A stretch of DNA of 64,000 nucleotides from Gnetum montanum (Eukaryota; Plantae; Gnetophyta). The DNA lies in NCBI GenBank assembly GCA_015680685.1, contig MNCI01000001.1:440524-504523 (forward strand). The letters are read 5' to 3'. The notes beneath the pieces are model-generated. The model searched no databases. It was given only the letters and a program-made list of their open reading frames with translations, and had not been told where the DNA came from. Each line of letters starts with the position of its first letter. Positions within the stretch are counted from its first letter, which is position 1. Positions 1 through 12,589 of this stretch are shown here, piece by piece. Both the position numbers and the translations under genes were made by a program.

Positions 1-3000
1 GTGTTAAGATTTATGTAATCTCTCGATTAGTGACCTTAGCTTGGCCATTGGCTTGGGGGTGATATGGTGTTGTGAATTTATGTTTAACCCCCAAGTGTTG
101 CATCAGCTTCTAGAAAGTGGCACCTATAAAATGAGTTCCATTATCAGAAATTAACGCACGAGGTACACCAAACTTGTTTACAATATTTTGTTGTACAAAC
201 TGAGCAGCAGTGGTGGATATACAATTGGTGATAATTGTTTCTTCTATCCACTTGGTACAATAGTTAGCTACAACTATTATATATGCCTTTCTATTTGATA
301 AAGGTGCAATGGGACCCATAAAGTCAATGCCCCAAATGTCGAATGGTTTAAGAGGTTGTATCCATTATTGTGGCCCCTCCATTCGAGCTATCATTCCATC
401 ATTCCTCTGGCAATGATCACAAGCACGAACAAATTGATGTACGTCCCTAAAGATTGTTGGCCAATAATACCCTTCCATGAGGATTTTTATGGTTGTGTGT
501 CTCCTAGCATAATGGCCCCCACAAGGACCTTCATGAGCATAGTTCATCCATATCAGAGACACACCAATGTACCAAGCCATCGGGACAAACCTTGTAAAGG
601 TTTTCATTAATCTCTATAAAATATTTAAACCAATGAAGAAATTGTTATTTCCTTCTAGTGTCTATCCCTTGTGGTAGTTCTTGCTTAAGTAGATAAGTGA
701 GGATGGTATCATACAATTTTAGTCCATTGGGCATTTGTGCATTAATAGCACCTGCAAGGAGAGATTCGTCAAGGAATTGATCAGATAAAGGGCTATCTTT
801 CTTCTTGTCATCCCATCTCAGTCATGATAAGTGATCCATGACCACATTCTCCACACCTTTATGATCTACCATCGTGAGATTGAATTTCTACAAAATCACG
901 AGCCACCGTATAACATGGGAGCTCACCATCGGTTTGTTCATTAGAAGTTTGATGGCACTATGATCTATGTGCACAAACACTTTATAGCCAAGCACATAGT
1001 GCCTAAACTTCTCTAAAGTGAACACCACTACCATCAAATCCTTTTCTATGGTGGTGTAGTTTAGTTGTGCACCTGTGATGCTCCGGCTTACGCAGTGAAT
1101 GTAATATGAACGTTTTTGATCATCCATCTATGTAAGAACTGCTCCCAAAGCATAATTCGATGCATCAATCATCACATGAAATGGTCTAGGCCAATCTCGT
1201 GCTTGAAGAATGGGAGTTGCAACAAGCTTTTACTTCAATTGTTAAAATTATAATTCACATGCAAGGGTCCAAATAAACAATGCATCCTTTTTTGTCAATT
1301 CTACTAACGGCTTGGAAATTTTGAAAAAATTGTTGATAAATCATGGGTAATAGCCAGTATAACCAAGGAATGACCAAAATTATTTGACTATTTTAGGTTG
1401 GCAGGTTATTCCTTGGATGATCCTTATGTTTTAGGATCCACCTCAATTCTTGCTTTGGAGATGCGATGCCCCAAGACTAGGCCTTCCTACACCATGAGAT
1501 GGCTCTTTTGCCAATTGAGCTAGAGGTTTTTCTTAGCACATCTCTTCAACACCTACTTAAGATAGTCTAGGGCTTGCTCGAACATAGCTCCATAGGTAGA
1601 AAAATCATCCATAAAGACTTTTACCCTGCTACTGATATGTTGTTGGAAAATGCTAAGAACTAATCATTAAAATGTGGTTGGGGCATTTCATAGACCAAAT
1701 GGCATCTATCAGTAGGAAAATGTTTCCTAAGGACTTGTGAAAGTTTTCTTTGCCTAAGGAATTTAATTATAGCCACTATAACTGTCCAAAAATCTATAAA
1801 ATTTGTGCTCTGAAATGGTGCCTAGCACTTGGTTGATGAAAGGCAATGGAAAATGATCCTTGAAAATTGCCATATTGAGTAGCCGAAAGTCAATGCACAC
1901 CTGCCATTTTCCTTCTTTCTTTGACACAATCATGAGTGGGCTAACCCACTTACTATGTATGATAAGATAAATGAATCCCACTTTGAGGAGTTTTTCAATC
2001 TTCTCTTTGACAATCTATTTTAACTTGGGATTCGAATGCCACTGCAACTGTCATTTCAGCTTGAGAATAAGGTCGGTGTATATTCGGTGCTGGCATATTC
2101 TTAGATCTATCCTAGTAAGTTTGGAATATGATTAGGAAAAGGCTACTGACCATTTTTTTACAACTTTTATCAATCTTTTCTTTTATTCTGTAGCAAGCTT
2201 GGTATTAATAATAACTAGCCTTCCATTTTTCAAAAATACATACTCCATTCTAGCCAGTAGTGTCTTCAATTCAAGGGGCTCTTGTTTAAAATTATCAATA
2301 ATTTTCAGCTCATCCCAATTGACATCATCATTTGCTTCTTCGAAGAGCTGTTGGTGAACTTACTCAAGTTTATCCATACTTGCAACATATTCATACATTA
2401 GGCCCTCAGTCAGTTCCATGCATAATGTACTACTGCTAGCATCAACTGTCAGCCACCTGGTGCCCTCTTGTTTTGTGACTACTATGTACATACATCTTTG
2501 GATCTTAGCTTCTAGTGCACACTTCTTGCATGTAGAGATATATGTTTGCTTTACTGATCATAACTTTTGCACATAATGACACCCTGAATCGTTGTACGTG
2601 ATTCATGGAACATTCTTCTCCTCAATCTTTTCAAATTCATTTTCTTTTGATATCACCAAAGAAATATCTCTAATGCCCATTTTGGCATCAATAGTACTTA
2701 GCCACGTCCTTCCGATAATAATTGAAAAATCCCCCTTGCAGTTCTGCACTTTGATTACTAGGAAATCAGTGGGATATGACCACCCACAACTGGTGGTGAC
2801 GATGTCTTTAACTAATCCCAATGGAATAGTAATGGATTGGTCTACTAGTTCCATCTAGATGTTGCTCTTCTTCAAATGAGAAAATTTCCACATTATGTAT
2901 ATCTCATGCAAGATCAGATTAACACCGAAACCAAAGTCAAGAAAAGCTTTGCAAGGCTCATTCCTGACAATTTGCAAGTAAACCAGGGGACTCCTAAGAT
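1..3000 (-). pseudogene. pol: pol (PR-RT-RH-IN) of element A, disrupted
   Basis: ORF-track fragments 110-319, 365-607, 888-1127, 1763-1981 and 2603-2854 carry gypsy motifs in the expected order. Confidence 0.92.
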
Positions 3001-5700
3001 ATAATAATTTTATGGGTAGGTTACTAGCTCGAATCTAATTAGATATATCATGTGTCAACATTATAGTATGGATTCAAAAAGGATTTTGATTTGAAGGAGA
3101 CTCGGATAGTGAGGAAACAAAGGAAGTTGGAGGCGTAGGGTTACTAACCACCAATGTATCCAAGGGCTTTAGTGTACTATGAGGCTTGAAGAAGGATCCT
3201 TTTTTTTATTCATGGTTCTAACCTGCTGGATGGGTTAACTAATTGTAAGTTAACTACCCTCATAGCATTTCTTTGTTGTGGTTGTGCAGGCAATTCAGCC
3301 TGCATGGACAGAGCAAGCGATAGTTGTGCAGGAGGTGGAGGAGTAGGTGCAGGAATAGGAGATGCATGAGGGTAGTAGGTTATATCCCTTCTTGGATAGG
3401 GTGATTGGTATGTTTTAGGAGAGTAATGGTGAGGTTGGTAAGAAGAAACATGACCAGAGGAGTCCCGTGGAAAAGAAGGTTGCTGAACATAATAGTCGTA
3501 GGGATCTGGTTTCCGGTAAGGGTATTATTGTCTTGGAGGTGGCAATGCCCATGATTTGGGTTGCTACCACTACTGGTACAATTCATAGGGTTGTAGAGAA
3601 TTTCCACTTGGATAGTATTACCGTGGTTGGTGAAACTGTCAAGGATTTCCTTGTGGATAAGGCAATCTTTTGGGCATTTGCCTTTGTGCAAGTCATGGAT
3701 GTAAGGCATACACCCCAAATTCTTGCAAGTGTGATATAACTAGAAAACATCCCTTAGGATTTTCATGCTGGAAAATATCACATCCACCATCATCATCTGA
3801 GTTTCTATCCATAGCCATCTCTATTGCATCCATTTTACCTTTACCCTTAGATATGGCACGTTTAGCCTTCTTATGCCTCTGATGCTCACACTCACCACCG
3901 TGCTCCTTAGACTCTTCAAAATATTTTAAAATAGCTTGAAACCTATTATTCATGGAGTTCCATAATTGATCAACCTTAGCTATGATTTCTTATTGAAATT
4001 TCTAGAATGACAAGGTTTTCTAATTAACCACCTCATCTTTGGTGAATTCATCCTCACTGTCACAAAATCTAACCACTTTTTTTTGAATAGAAGGGTCTCT
4101 ATTATATTCTTTTTCACTTTCACATTTTCTAAGCTCTCCATCCTCCTTGGCTACCTACTCAATTAATTTTTGAATTTGACATATGCTTAACTCTGTCAAT
4201 CTCTCTTGGGCATACATGCCAAGGATTTTCCTGGTTTTAGACTGCAACCCATCTATGATATGGTAAAATTGATCAAGTTGAGAGTATCCATGGTTGGAAC
4301 ACCTATGCAACAGAGAGTAGTATCAGCCAATAGCAGCATCCAAGGGCTTATGATTCCCTTATTTTCACCCCTAAATTTATTTTCTTAGATTGGATACTTG
4401 GGAGTACATTTGACATTTGTCATTGAATAATTCCAACATCGTACTCTACCACCTAATCGATTCTGGTTCCAAGGATCGATACCAATTTTCTACTTCCTTT
4501 ATGAGTGTCCTTGGAAATAATTTCAGCTTTTGCTAGTCATTTTCAATATTCTGCAAAGCACATGCATCCTGGAAGGCCTAAAGATGATTTTGTGAATCAA
4601 CATCATATCCTCCCTTAAACCGAGGGATGTTGTTCATATCTAGCCTCTTTATCCTATTGTTCTTCACATGCCTTGTTGGAATCCTCACAACCTCTGCAAT
4701 ATTTAACATGCCCTGAGTAGCAAGTAGAGATTCATCAAGGCTATGATGGTGGTGCCTACGATGTTCCCTACTAGCCCTTCTTTCTTGATGATGGGCACCT
4801 CTAGATTGCCCACGTCTTCACTCATGACTATCTTGATGGTCCCTTCTATTATTTTGGTTTTTTCAGTCACCCCCATCATGGTTATTTCTTTTGCAATCAT
4901 GATTTTAACCAGATGAAGAAGATGATGATGACGATGAAGGGGAAGAAGAAGGAGAACTTGCTCCATGCTGATGCCTATCATCCTTCCTTTGATGGTTGTG
5001 ATCACAATCACAATCATGATCTCCTTTGTTCCCCTTTTCTTGACTTTCTTCTTCAGATCCATTTTTTTCATTGGATTCGTTTTGACCAAAATTAGGATTA
5101 TGGATTATGGATTGTATATTCTAGTTGAGGGCTCCTTGAAAAAAATCAAATAGAGGAGAATTACTAAAGAAGTGGTCACCTTTATCAATTGGGAAAAGCA
5201 AAGGTGGAAAGATATTTGACCCCTTACCCTTCACAAGCTCGTTTTGGTGCTCTAGCTGCCGATTCCTTAATTTTTGTGCTTTAGTGGGATGATAATCCCT
5301 TGAGTTGGGATCTCACATCTTGTATTCTCCATGGAGATGTTGAAGCCCAGCTCATGTGAGCATTAGCTAGAGCATTGCTAAAATAGATCATTCAGGTGGC
5401 AAAACAATGTTGCCTTCCATATCGTGCCAGCACTTCAGTTCATCTTGATGTAAGATGAAGGTAAAGTCTAGTACATACTCATCGAGATGAGCATACACCA
5501 CCTGGTATTGTTGAGACACCTGAACTACCCTGGGTAAAGATGGGATCCTATGAGAAGAAAACATTTTGTGTTAATAAATAGTGTAGTTGAGATTTAATTT
5601 AATTATAATAATTTTTATTTTCATAGGATTTGATTCTTAAGGTTTGAACAATGAGATTACTAAGTTTCACTAGGTTTAGATAGCGCACAAAGAACTACAA

Positions 5701-5719
5701 TCCCTGGAAACAGTGCCAA
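5701..5719 (-). other. Primer-binding site of element A (tRNA-Asp type)
   Basis: Minus strand reads TTGGCACTGTTTCCAGGGA directly after the LTR end. This fits TGGCGCCGTTGCCGGGGA (Athila-type PBS) with mostly transition changes. Confidence 0.75.
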
Positions 5720-6570
5720 TGATGAGTGTCAAGCTACCCCTACATCTAACCATATGAATCACAAGCATTCACGTGCAATCTGGTTGAATTCTGCAGACTA
5801 TACTTACTAAGTGCACTAGACGAAATAGTGTGTGCGTGTTGTTCATTTGTTATCTTCCCAATCCCACTTGTGGGATGCAGTTGTATGGTTAAGTGTGACT
5901 GAGGAATAAGAATTTTAGTATTTTGTGTTTTTATGGAATTACTCACCTAGAATAAGAATAAAAGTAAGAGTGAATAAAAGTAAGAGCAATTAATTACTAA
6001 GTAAACTATAGTCTAATCTATCCTAACACAAGTAACTGTTCCCACTTCTCGAACATATCCTGAATGTTGTGCAAACACTGCTGGGTTGTCAAACGCTAGT
6101 TGTTTCTAACCTACTAAGTGTCACACGTATGTTTGAAGGGGTTGTGCTTGTGTAATTTAATGATTTTCTTAATTGATCAAAATTAATTGCTACATAAATA
6201 ACATTAATGTAAATTGCATGAAATATAAATGCATAAGAAAGAAAATCTCAAGTGCTACAAGGAATGGATCAAAGAGCTCGTCTTTATTGCCAACCCAATG
6301 GTGTGCTTAGGTACATTAATGCTTGAATAAAGATCCATTCACACTTAGATCTTCTGCTGTGGGGACTTGGAAAATATTCTAACTTTCAAATGGACAAACT
6401 GCAAGAGTTTCTCTACCAACTGCTAAAAAATTCCTCCCAATTATGCACCTAGGCGCTATATTTATAGACCCAGGAGTAACCCTATGATATCAAGTGTACA
6501 ATATCACATCTTAGGTCACGATATCACGTACCTAGTATTATGTACCCGATATCATAGCCACCCCAATATC
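5720..6570 (-). repeat. 5' LTR of element A (outer end eroded)
   Basis: Starts TGATGAGTG..ACCCCTACA, homologous to the LTR at 35024. Minus-strand TATAAATA at ~6459-6466 is followed by GATATC-type repeats. Confidence 0.8.
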
Positions 6571-6574
6571 GAAG

Positions 6575-6860
6575 TGATGAAAAACACAATTTATGAATAA
6601 GCTATAAGCAAAGGTTGCTACATCACTATTTTAGTAAAGCTATTGAAAGGAAGATGAAAGAATAAATGGGAAAAAATGATGAAAGTTGATATGAAGAAAC
6701 TATAAATAAGTAAAGATCTAGCTCTTCATTGAGGTGAATTATGGAAAATAACTCATGTAGCCAATCCCATTTTATTGGGACAAGGCTAGGATGATGATGA
6801 TAATGATGATGACCAACTAGAATCAAACTTATAAACGAAACTTTCCAAATTAAGATTTTC
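6575..6860. repeat. Dispersed repeat remnant, homologous to ~21255-21475
   Basis: Shared strings such as aaaggttg..atatgaagaaa..gatcta.ctcttcat..aaggctaggatga.gatgat..atcaaacttta. Family not identified. Confidence 0.55.
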
Positions 6861-7027
6861 ACTACTAGGATAAAAACATATTGATATGTATTTCTTTTTA
6901 TAGGCTAAATGAATTATAGGTATATTTATTATCAAAACTAGAACTAGATGACTATATAATCTAGTGTTATTAATAAATATAACTATAATCTAGTTAGGCC
7001 ATAAAAAGAAATTCGTAGCAATATGTT

Positions 7028-7225
7028 GTTATCCTAGTCTTAAGAATCTTAATTTAGAAACTCGAAGTTATGAGTTTGATTCTAACAACTAGCTTTGAGT
7101 AATAAACTTCTATGAAGGTTTCATGTTGGATATATATCTAGGAGGTACATATAGTCATCTATAATGAAGTGTTAGCTTGGTGATTAGAGTCTTGAATTGG
7201 AAACCCAAGTTGTATGTTCAATTCT
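7028..7225 (+). mobile_element. Two decayed tRNA-derived SINE-like heads
   Basis: A-box-like TAGCTTGGTGA (7173-7183) and B-box-like GTTCAATTC (7216-7224) with tRNA-like spacing. A second, more decayed copy lies at ~7030-7085. Confidence 0.35.
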
Positions 7226-7639
7226 TTTGATAAATATTGAATATGGATTTTAAAAAAAAATCCATAAAAGAAATTCTAAAGCTATTTATGTAATATTAAT
7301 GTAACCCCTTTCCTTTTCATAAAAAGGAAATACAAGAAATTACCAAATATATTCTATTAAATAAATCCAATCAACTAATTAAGCATTATCAAACAAAGAT
7401 TCATAGAGTTAACACTTAAGTTTCTTAGACTAGGGTTGTTACACTTAATAAATCAATGTTGAGAGTAAATCCTAAAGAGCCTTTTCAAGGACTTCAAGAT
7501 AAGCATTGTAAGCATCATTTTCAATAATATAACAAAATCACTTATAAAATACTATAGGAAATCCATTCATTTGAGGGAATTTGTCATATTTAAGCTGTTT
7601 AAAAGTCTTTAAAATTTTCTTCTTAAAGATGAAGCTATT

Positions 7640-8882
7640 TGATAGGGATCCTACTAGTTTTGGATCAATAGAATTTATCCCATAATTCATAGTGTAATTT
7701 GGTTGTATTCTTTGGGGATGATGTTGAATGTATTACCAAGAATACTTATATATTTCATTGCAATCAAGATATATAAAATATATTATAATACATATAATTG
7801 AGTTATGACATATGTTGCCATAGTGAGAGGTAGATAAAATATTCATGATTTTATGGTTTATAATTTTTATAGATTTTATAATTATAAGAAAAAAACAAAC
7901 AATAAGAAATACACACACATTTCAATCCCACTTGAAGAGAATCATAATTCTCATATTACAATTTGTTAAGGATCAGGTGCAACACTAAACACATAAATGC
8001 AAATAAAATAGCTCTAAGTCACAACCTTGATAGCCCAACACCATGTCGTATATTTGTAACCTCCTTAGGTAAGGTTAAATTATTGTAGCATATGAAAATG
8101 AGAAATGAAAAAAAAATTGGTTTTAGTTTTTTATACTATTTTTAGTATTTTAATTTGTAAGGCATTAATGGTGTAAAAAATGAGACAAAAACCATAATCT
8201 TTATTCACCATGCAAACATCAAATACTACATCAACCAAACAGCTCTAAGCTACATAAGTAAGATAACATTCTAATAGAGTCTAGTGGCACTTATGTAAGA
8301 GACAATACAAAACATACATAAAATAGGAAAGGAGTCACTTACCCAAGAAAGGAAGAAGTCTTTACACAAAACTATATTCCAAAAGCTAAAGGAAAATATT
8401 TGGAATCAAGTTCATTTTATGTGAAGCTTGTCCTAAGTATTTATAATTTTTACAACACAATGGTAGGGGGTCACTAATTTCCAAGCCTCAACAAAGATCT
8501 ATTAGCATAGCTAAGACTTCCTAGGACATATTGGAAGAGGCTCATAGACAAAGGTGGTTAAACCATGGTACCAAGAGGGGTCTATTAGCATCCCTGTACT
8601 AATGCAAGAGGTGTACTACTATAGAAAGCTTAGCATCCACTACCCCCAAAACTTTATCTTCCTCTTTTTTGATGAAAGTTGAGATGTCATGGAACATATT
8701 GGAGTCTTCCTAGGATTTTTGAACAAAGCCAAAAACTTCTCAAGAACATTTAAACATGTACCAAACCTACAAGTGTAAACTAGAAGACTATGATGCAGAT
8801 CTAGAAGATGAAAACCTCAACCATATGCATGAAAAATATAAACACATATTACATTATATACATCCTATATCTAGGACTTACA
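7640..8882 (-). repeat. 3' LTR of element B
   Basis: TGATAGGGATCC...GGACTTACA, collinear with 16870-18112. Confidence 0.88.
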
Positions 8883-11800
8883 AAATATCACTTGCTAACT
8901 TATCATGCCTCCATGACTAAGTAAAGCTAGTCCAATATGTTTAAAGCTTAAAATACAAGACTAGAACTAGAGACATGACATGATTAATGTAGAGGGATAC
9001 ATTTGGATAAATGTACCAAACATGAATATATTACAATTGAGTATAAGCCACCTCATCAAGAAGTGCTAGTAGGTAATGTCTAAGAGAAGAATCCCCCTAA
9101 TGTGCCTACATAGCATGGGAAAAAGTTGAAGGAGCTAGGTGTAGACATATGAAATCTCTGAAGTTGTGCCTCTAGGTCCATCATCCTTACTCAAAGCTAT
9201 CAATTCTATTCATGCATTGATCCTTTCTCTTGAAGAAGCACTTGTTACTATTCCTCAACATTAGCTTAGAAATTCTCATGACTCCTTTTCTCCTACAAGA
9301 TCTCACACTGGGGCACGTTTAACTTGACCATCACTCAATGGGGTTTCTTTTATAGTGCATTAAGTAGTTGGCCCATAGAATTTTGGACCACATAGAGATA
9401 CCTCTTTTGTTCCACCTAAACATCCTCTTCAACTTCTTCAAGTCTCCTTTCAGGGACATGGATATTTGCTTTATGATGGAGAATATATAGGTTTTCCAAA
9501 AGGTCAATTTCCTCTTACAATATTAGCTTACTTGGAACCATTTATTGGATTTTCTAATGTAAGGTGTTGGATTTCAATGGGCCTATCCATCAATATCATG
9601 TGCTCATTCCAAGAATGAGCTTATCCTTTGGTGTGCATTGAAAAATGTCAACTAAATATTGTAAATACATAAGCCTTGGCTCTTTAGTGATTTGATAACC
9701 TTATCCTTCATCTCACACATCTTCCCATTTACTTATTCATTCAATAAAGCTACAAGTTTATGCAGTCTATGCACCTTGGCATCCTAGGTTACCTGCTCAA
9801 TCAAACAGAACTTTCTAAGCTCATCAATTTCCATGGTCATCTTGTTTACTATATTTTACCATAAGTTCTAGTGATCCTTTTTTGTGCAAAGGTAATTATT
9901 CCAAAATTGGACCATGATTTGACTTTTATCCTCTTACATCTGATAAAAGAGAAAAAGTAACTACGTCTTCTTTTTTTATCATCCTTTCCCATTCTTGGGA
10001 CTAATACTTTAACATTATTATTTGCTAGTCCAATCTATCTTTCATAAATATAACTTCTTTAATAACCTGACACTCCTAGAAAATTTTAGCCTACAGGCAC
10101 TCAATTCGCATCTCTAGAGTGATTGTAGAAGGTTCAGGTACTCATGGTGTTAGATGTTCCAATTATTTGTGTAACCATCATAACTCATCTTAGCTTCTCT
10201 ACAACTCCCATAGATAGAATGTTCTATCAACATAATTGGTTTTCAAATCAGTCCATACCTTAATGAGTTTAGTTTCTACTATACTATCAAAGTTCCTTAA
10301 TAGAAATTGGGCACCAAGATCAACTCTATGATTCTCCTTCATCTAGCGGCTAGTTCTAGGTTGAATAATGCGTACCTGGAGAACTTTAACTACATGCTAG
10401 ATGTTATGCATGCTTTTCTTTAATCCATGTGATAAGGAAGGCACATGAGTGTCAAACTAATTAGGAACATTAAAATAAGTCATGGATAGATCTTTTAACA
10501 ATGTGGGAGGAAACCAAAAGACGTCTTACCTTATTGCTTCACCAAACATAATGGCTTTCATCATTTGCAAGAAATTGTTATCAGGGTTGTTAGAATCTTA
10601 AATTTTAAATTATTCTAGCCTAGCCCTCACCTTTGATGTGCATTACAAACTACGAACCACTACTAGGAAGAGGTTCCTGGCTTTACCTCATGCTAAAACT
10701 AGAAGGTAAGAAAATGATCTTAAGGTAGGATATGGAATAACTCTATGAAAGGAATCTCATCCTTCAAGTCAGGTACATCTCTAATGATCTCATAACTTCA
10801 TCTTGGAGCAACCACCATCATGTTCTCCTAGTTTTCCATTTCTATTGTTGTGGAATATCTTCCCACATGGTTGACTATTCCTACAAGTTCACAGAGCTTT
10901 CACATTAACATTGGAAAGGCATAGATCTCCCTTTTATATCTTGCCACATCTTTAATTTTCTAGATTAGGGCTTTTAGAGAAAATTGGAGATATTGATGGT
11001 ACACTTTTTCCTCATCATGGCCATAACTTGAGTCCCTAGAGTAAAGATACTTGATGGTTGTTTGATGGGAATGAAGTTATAGCTAATAATTTTTCAAATG
11101 GAATTTTGAACTATGAGAACTTTAGACATCTTTTCCTCAACATTTTCTATATTAAAGGCCTTTAGCATGACCATAGACCTAAGCTTAGGCTTAGTATTTT
11201 AGATCTATGGTTACCAATTATTTGCTAGTTTATTTGAAAATCTTGTAACCTATGAGATTGCCCAAAAATAGGCACAAGAACTCCATCAACAAAATTCATG
11301 GCTCCATCAGTAACAAGATTCTTATAAAATTCCTTTACCTCATAGTAGTACCATGAGAATTATTGAGCTTAATAGGGCCAAGCTCAAGGAATTAATAGTA
11401 ATTTGTCTTCTTATGGATGGATCATTGGTGGACATTATGAGCACCCAAACCCTCTAGAATGTCATTAGTATCCTCTTCATCATCTTCTACTAACTTCTTT
11501 GGTACTTGTTCAGTTGCCTACTATTGCATACATGCTTAACCTAACGATCGAGGATGTGATTGGCTACCTCATAATTTGCTTCTTGGTGGAGGCCTTTTTG
11601 GAGTAGGACCTGTAGGCTCTAGATTAGAAGATCTAACTTCTTCCCCCTCTTCCTCTTTGAGAATCAATGATGCATGCAAAGTTATGCAACTAGAGGTATT
11701 AGATTATTCAATCTCAACTCTCTGTACTCTATTTAGCTTGGATGGTAATCTCCTCTAAATGATTAGTTGTGAAATTTACTAAAAACCAAGTGAGTTTTCC

Positions 11801-11914
11801 TAGGAATCATACTAACATTTCAAAAATTATGCATGACAAAAATGATGAATACAAACCTTGGGAAATACTTGAAAAACCATCATCATAACTATTGAATTAT
11901 TGCATGCATGAACN

Positions 11915-12589
11915 ATGTGAGTTTTGATTTTTCTTTCTTCAAGATTTGAGCATTATAAACTCTATCAATTCATCTCAATTGTGCCTATATTTCATGATTT
12001 TTGATGCTATACTCAATCTTCTATTATTCTAACCCTTAATTTGTAGTCTTGGGTTCATGGAAATGGCTAAATGAATCAAATTATTTTCCATAACTTATGA
12101 TGTCATCTAAGTTTTACTTATAAAGATCTTCTTGTCTTGATTCTCATACACCTTGTAAGGTCAATAAATGATGGTTTTGATGAGTGGTGGAGCTTGTACG
12201 TTACTTACACAATTACAAAAGATAAGTTGAGGCATTGTGGGTGAAGTTGGACATTTCTCCCTTGTTTGGGAAAGTGCATTGATGCACCCTTGGGTTTGTG
12301 TAGTGGAATTAACACCCTTGTTNTCAAAACCATCATTTATTGACCTTACAAGGTGTATGAGAATCAAGACAAGAAGATCTTTATAAGTAAAACTTAGATG
12401 ACATCATAAGTTATGGAAAATAATTTGATTCATTTAGCCATTTCCATGAACCCAAGACTACAAATTAAGGGTTAGAATAATAGAAGATTGAGTATAGCAT
12501 CAAAAATCATGAAATATAGGCACAATTGAGATGAATTGATAGAGTTTATAATGCTCAAATCTTGAAGAAAGAAAAATCAAAACTCACAT
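11915..12589. repeat. Perfect 266-bp inverted repeat (11915-12180 / 12324-12589), probable assembly artefact
   Basis: The arms are exact reverse complements and each begins immediately after a single n (11914, 12323). Confidence 0.85.

Larger units (their letters stand above)
1..6570 (-). mobile_element. Decayed Ty3/gypsy LTR retrotransposon (Athila-like, element A); 3' part runs off the window
   Basis: Minus-strand domain order gag (RLDMNNIPRFKGGYDVD, ~4560-4650), protease (~2600-2990), RT (WQVCIDFRLLN..KDHFPLPFI..FLDSYSGYN, 1763-1981), RNase H (LNYTTIEKDLMVVVFTLEKFRHY, 888-1127), integrase (HEGPCGGHY..CDHCQ; ISDNGTHF, 110-607). Many stops and frameshifts. Confidence 0.93.

Noticed and set aside
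11915-12589. Perfect 266-bp inverted repeat as a hairpin RNA/MITE
   Set aside because: 100% identity inside an old element, with both arms starting right after an n, indicates an inverted overlapping contig.
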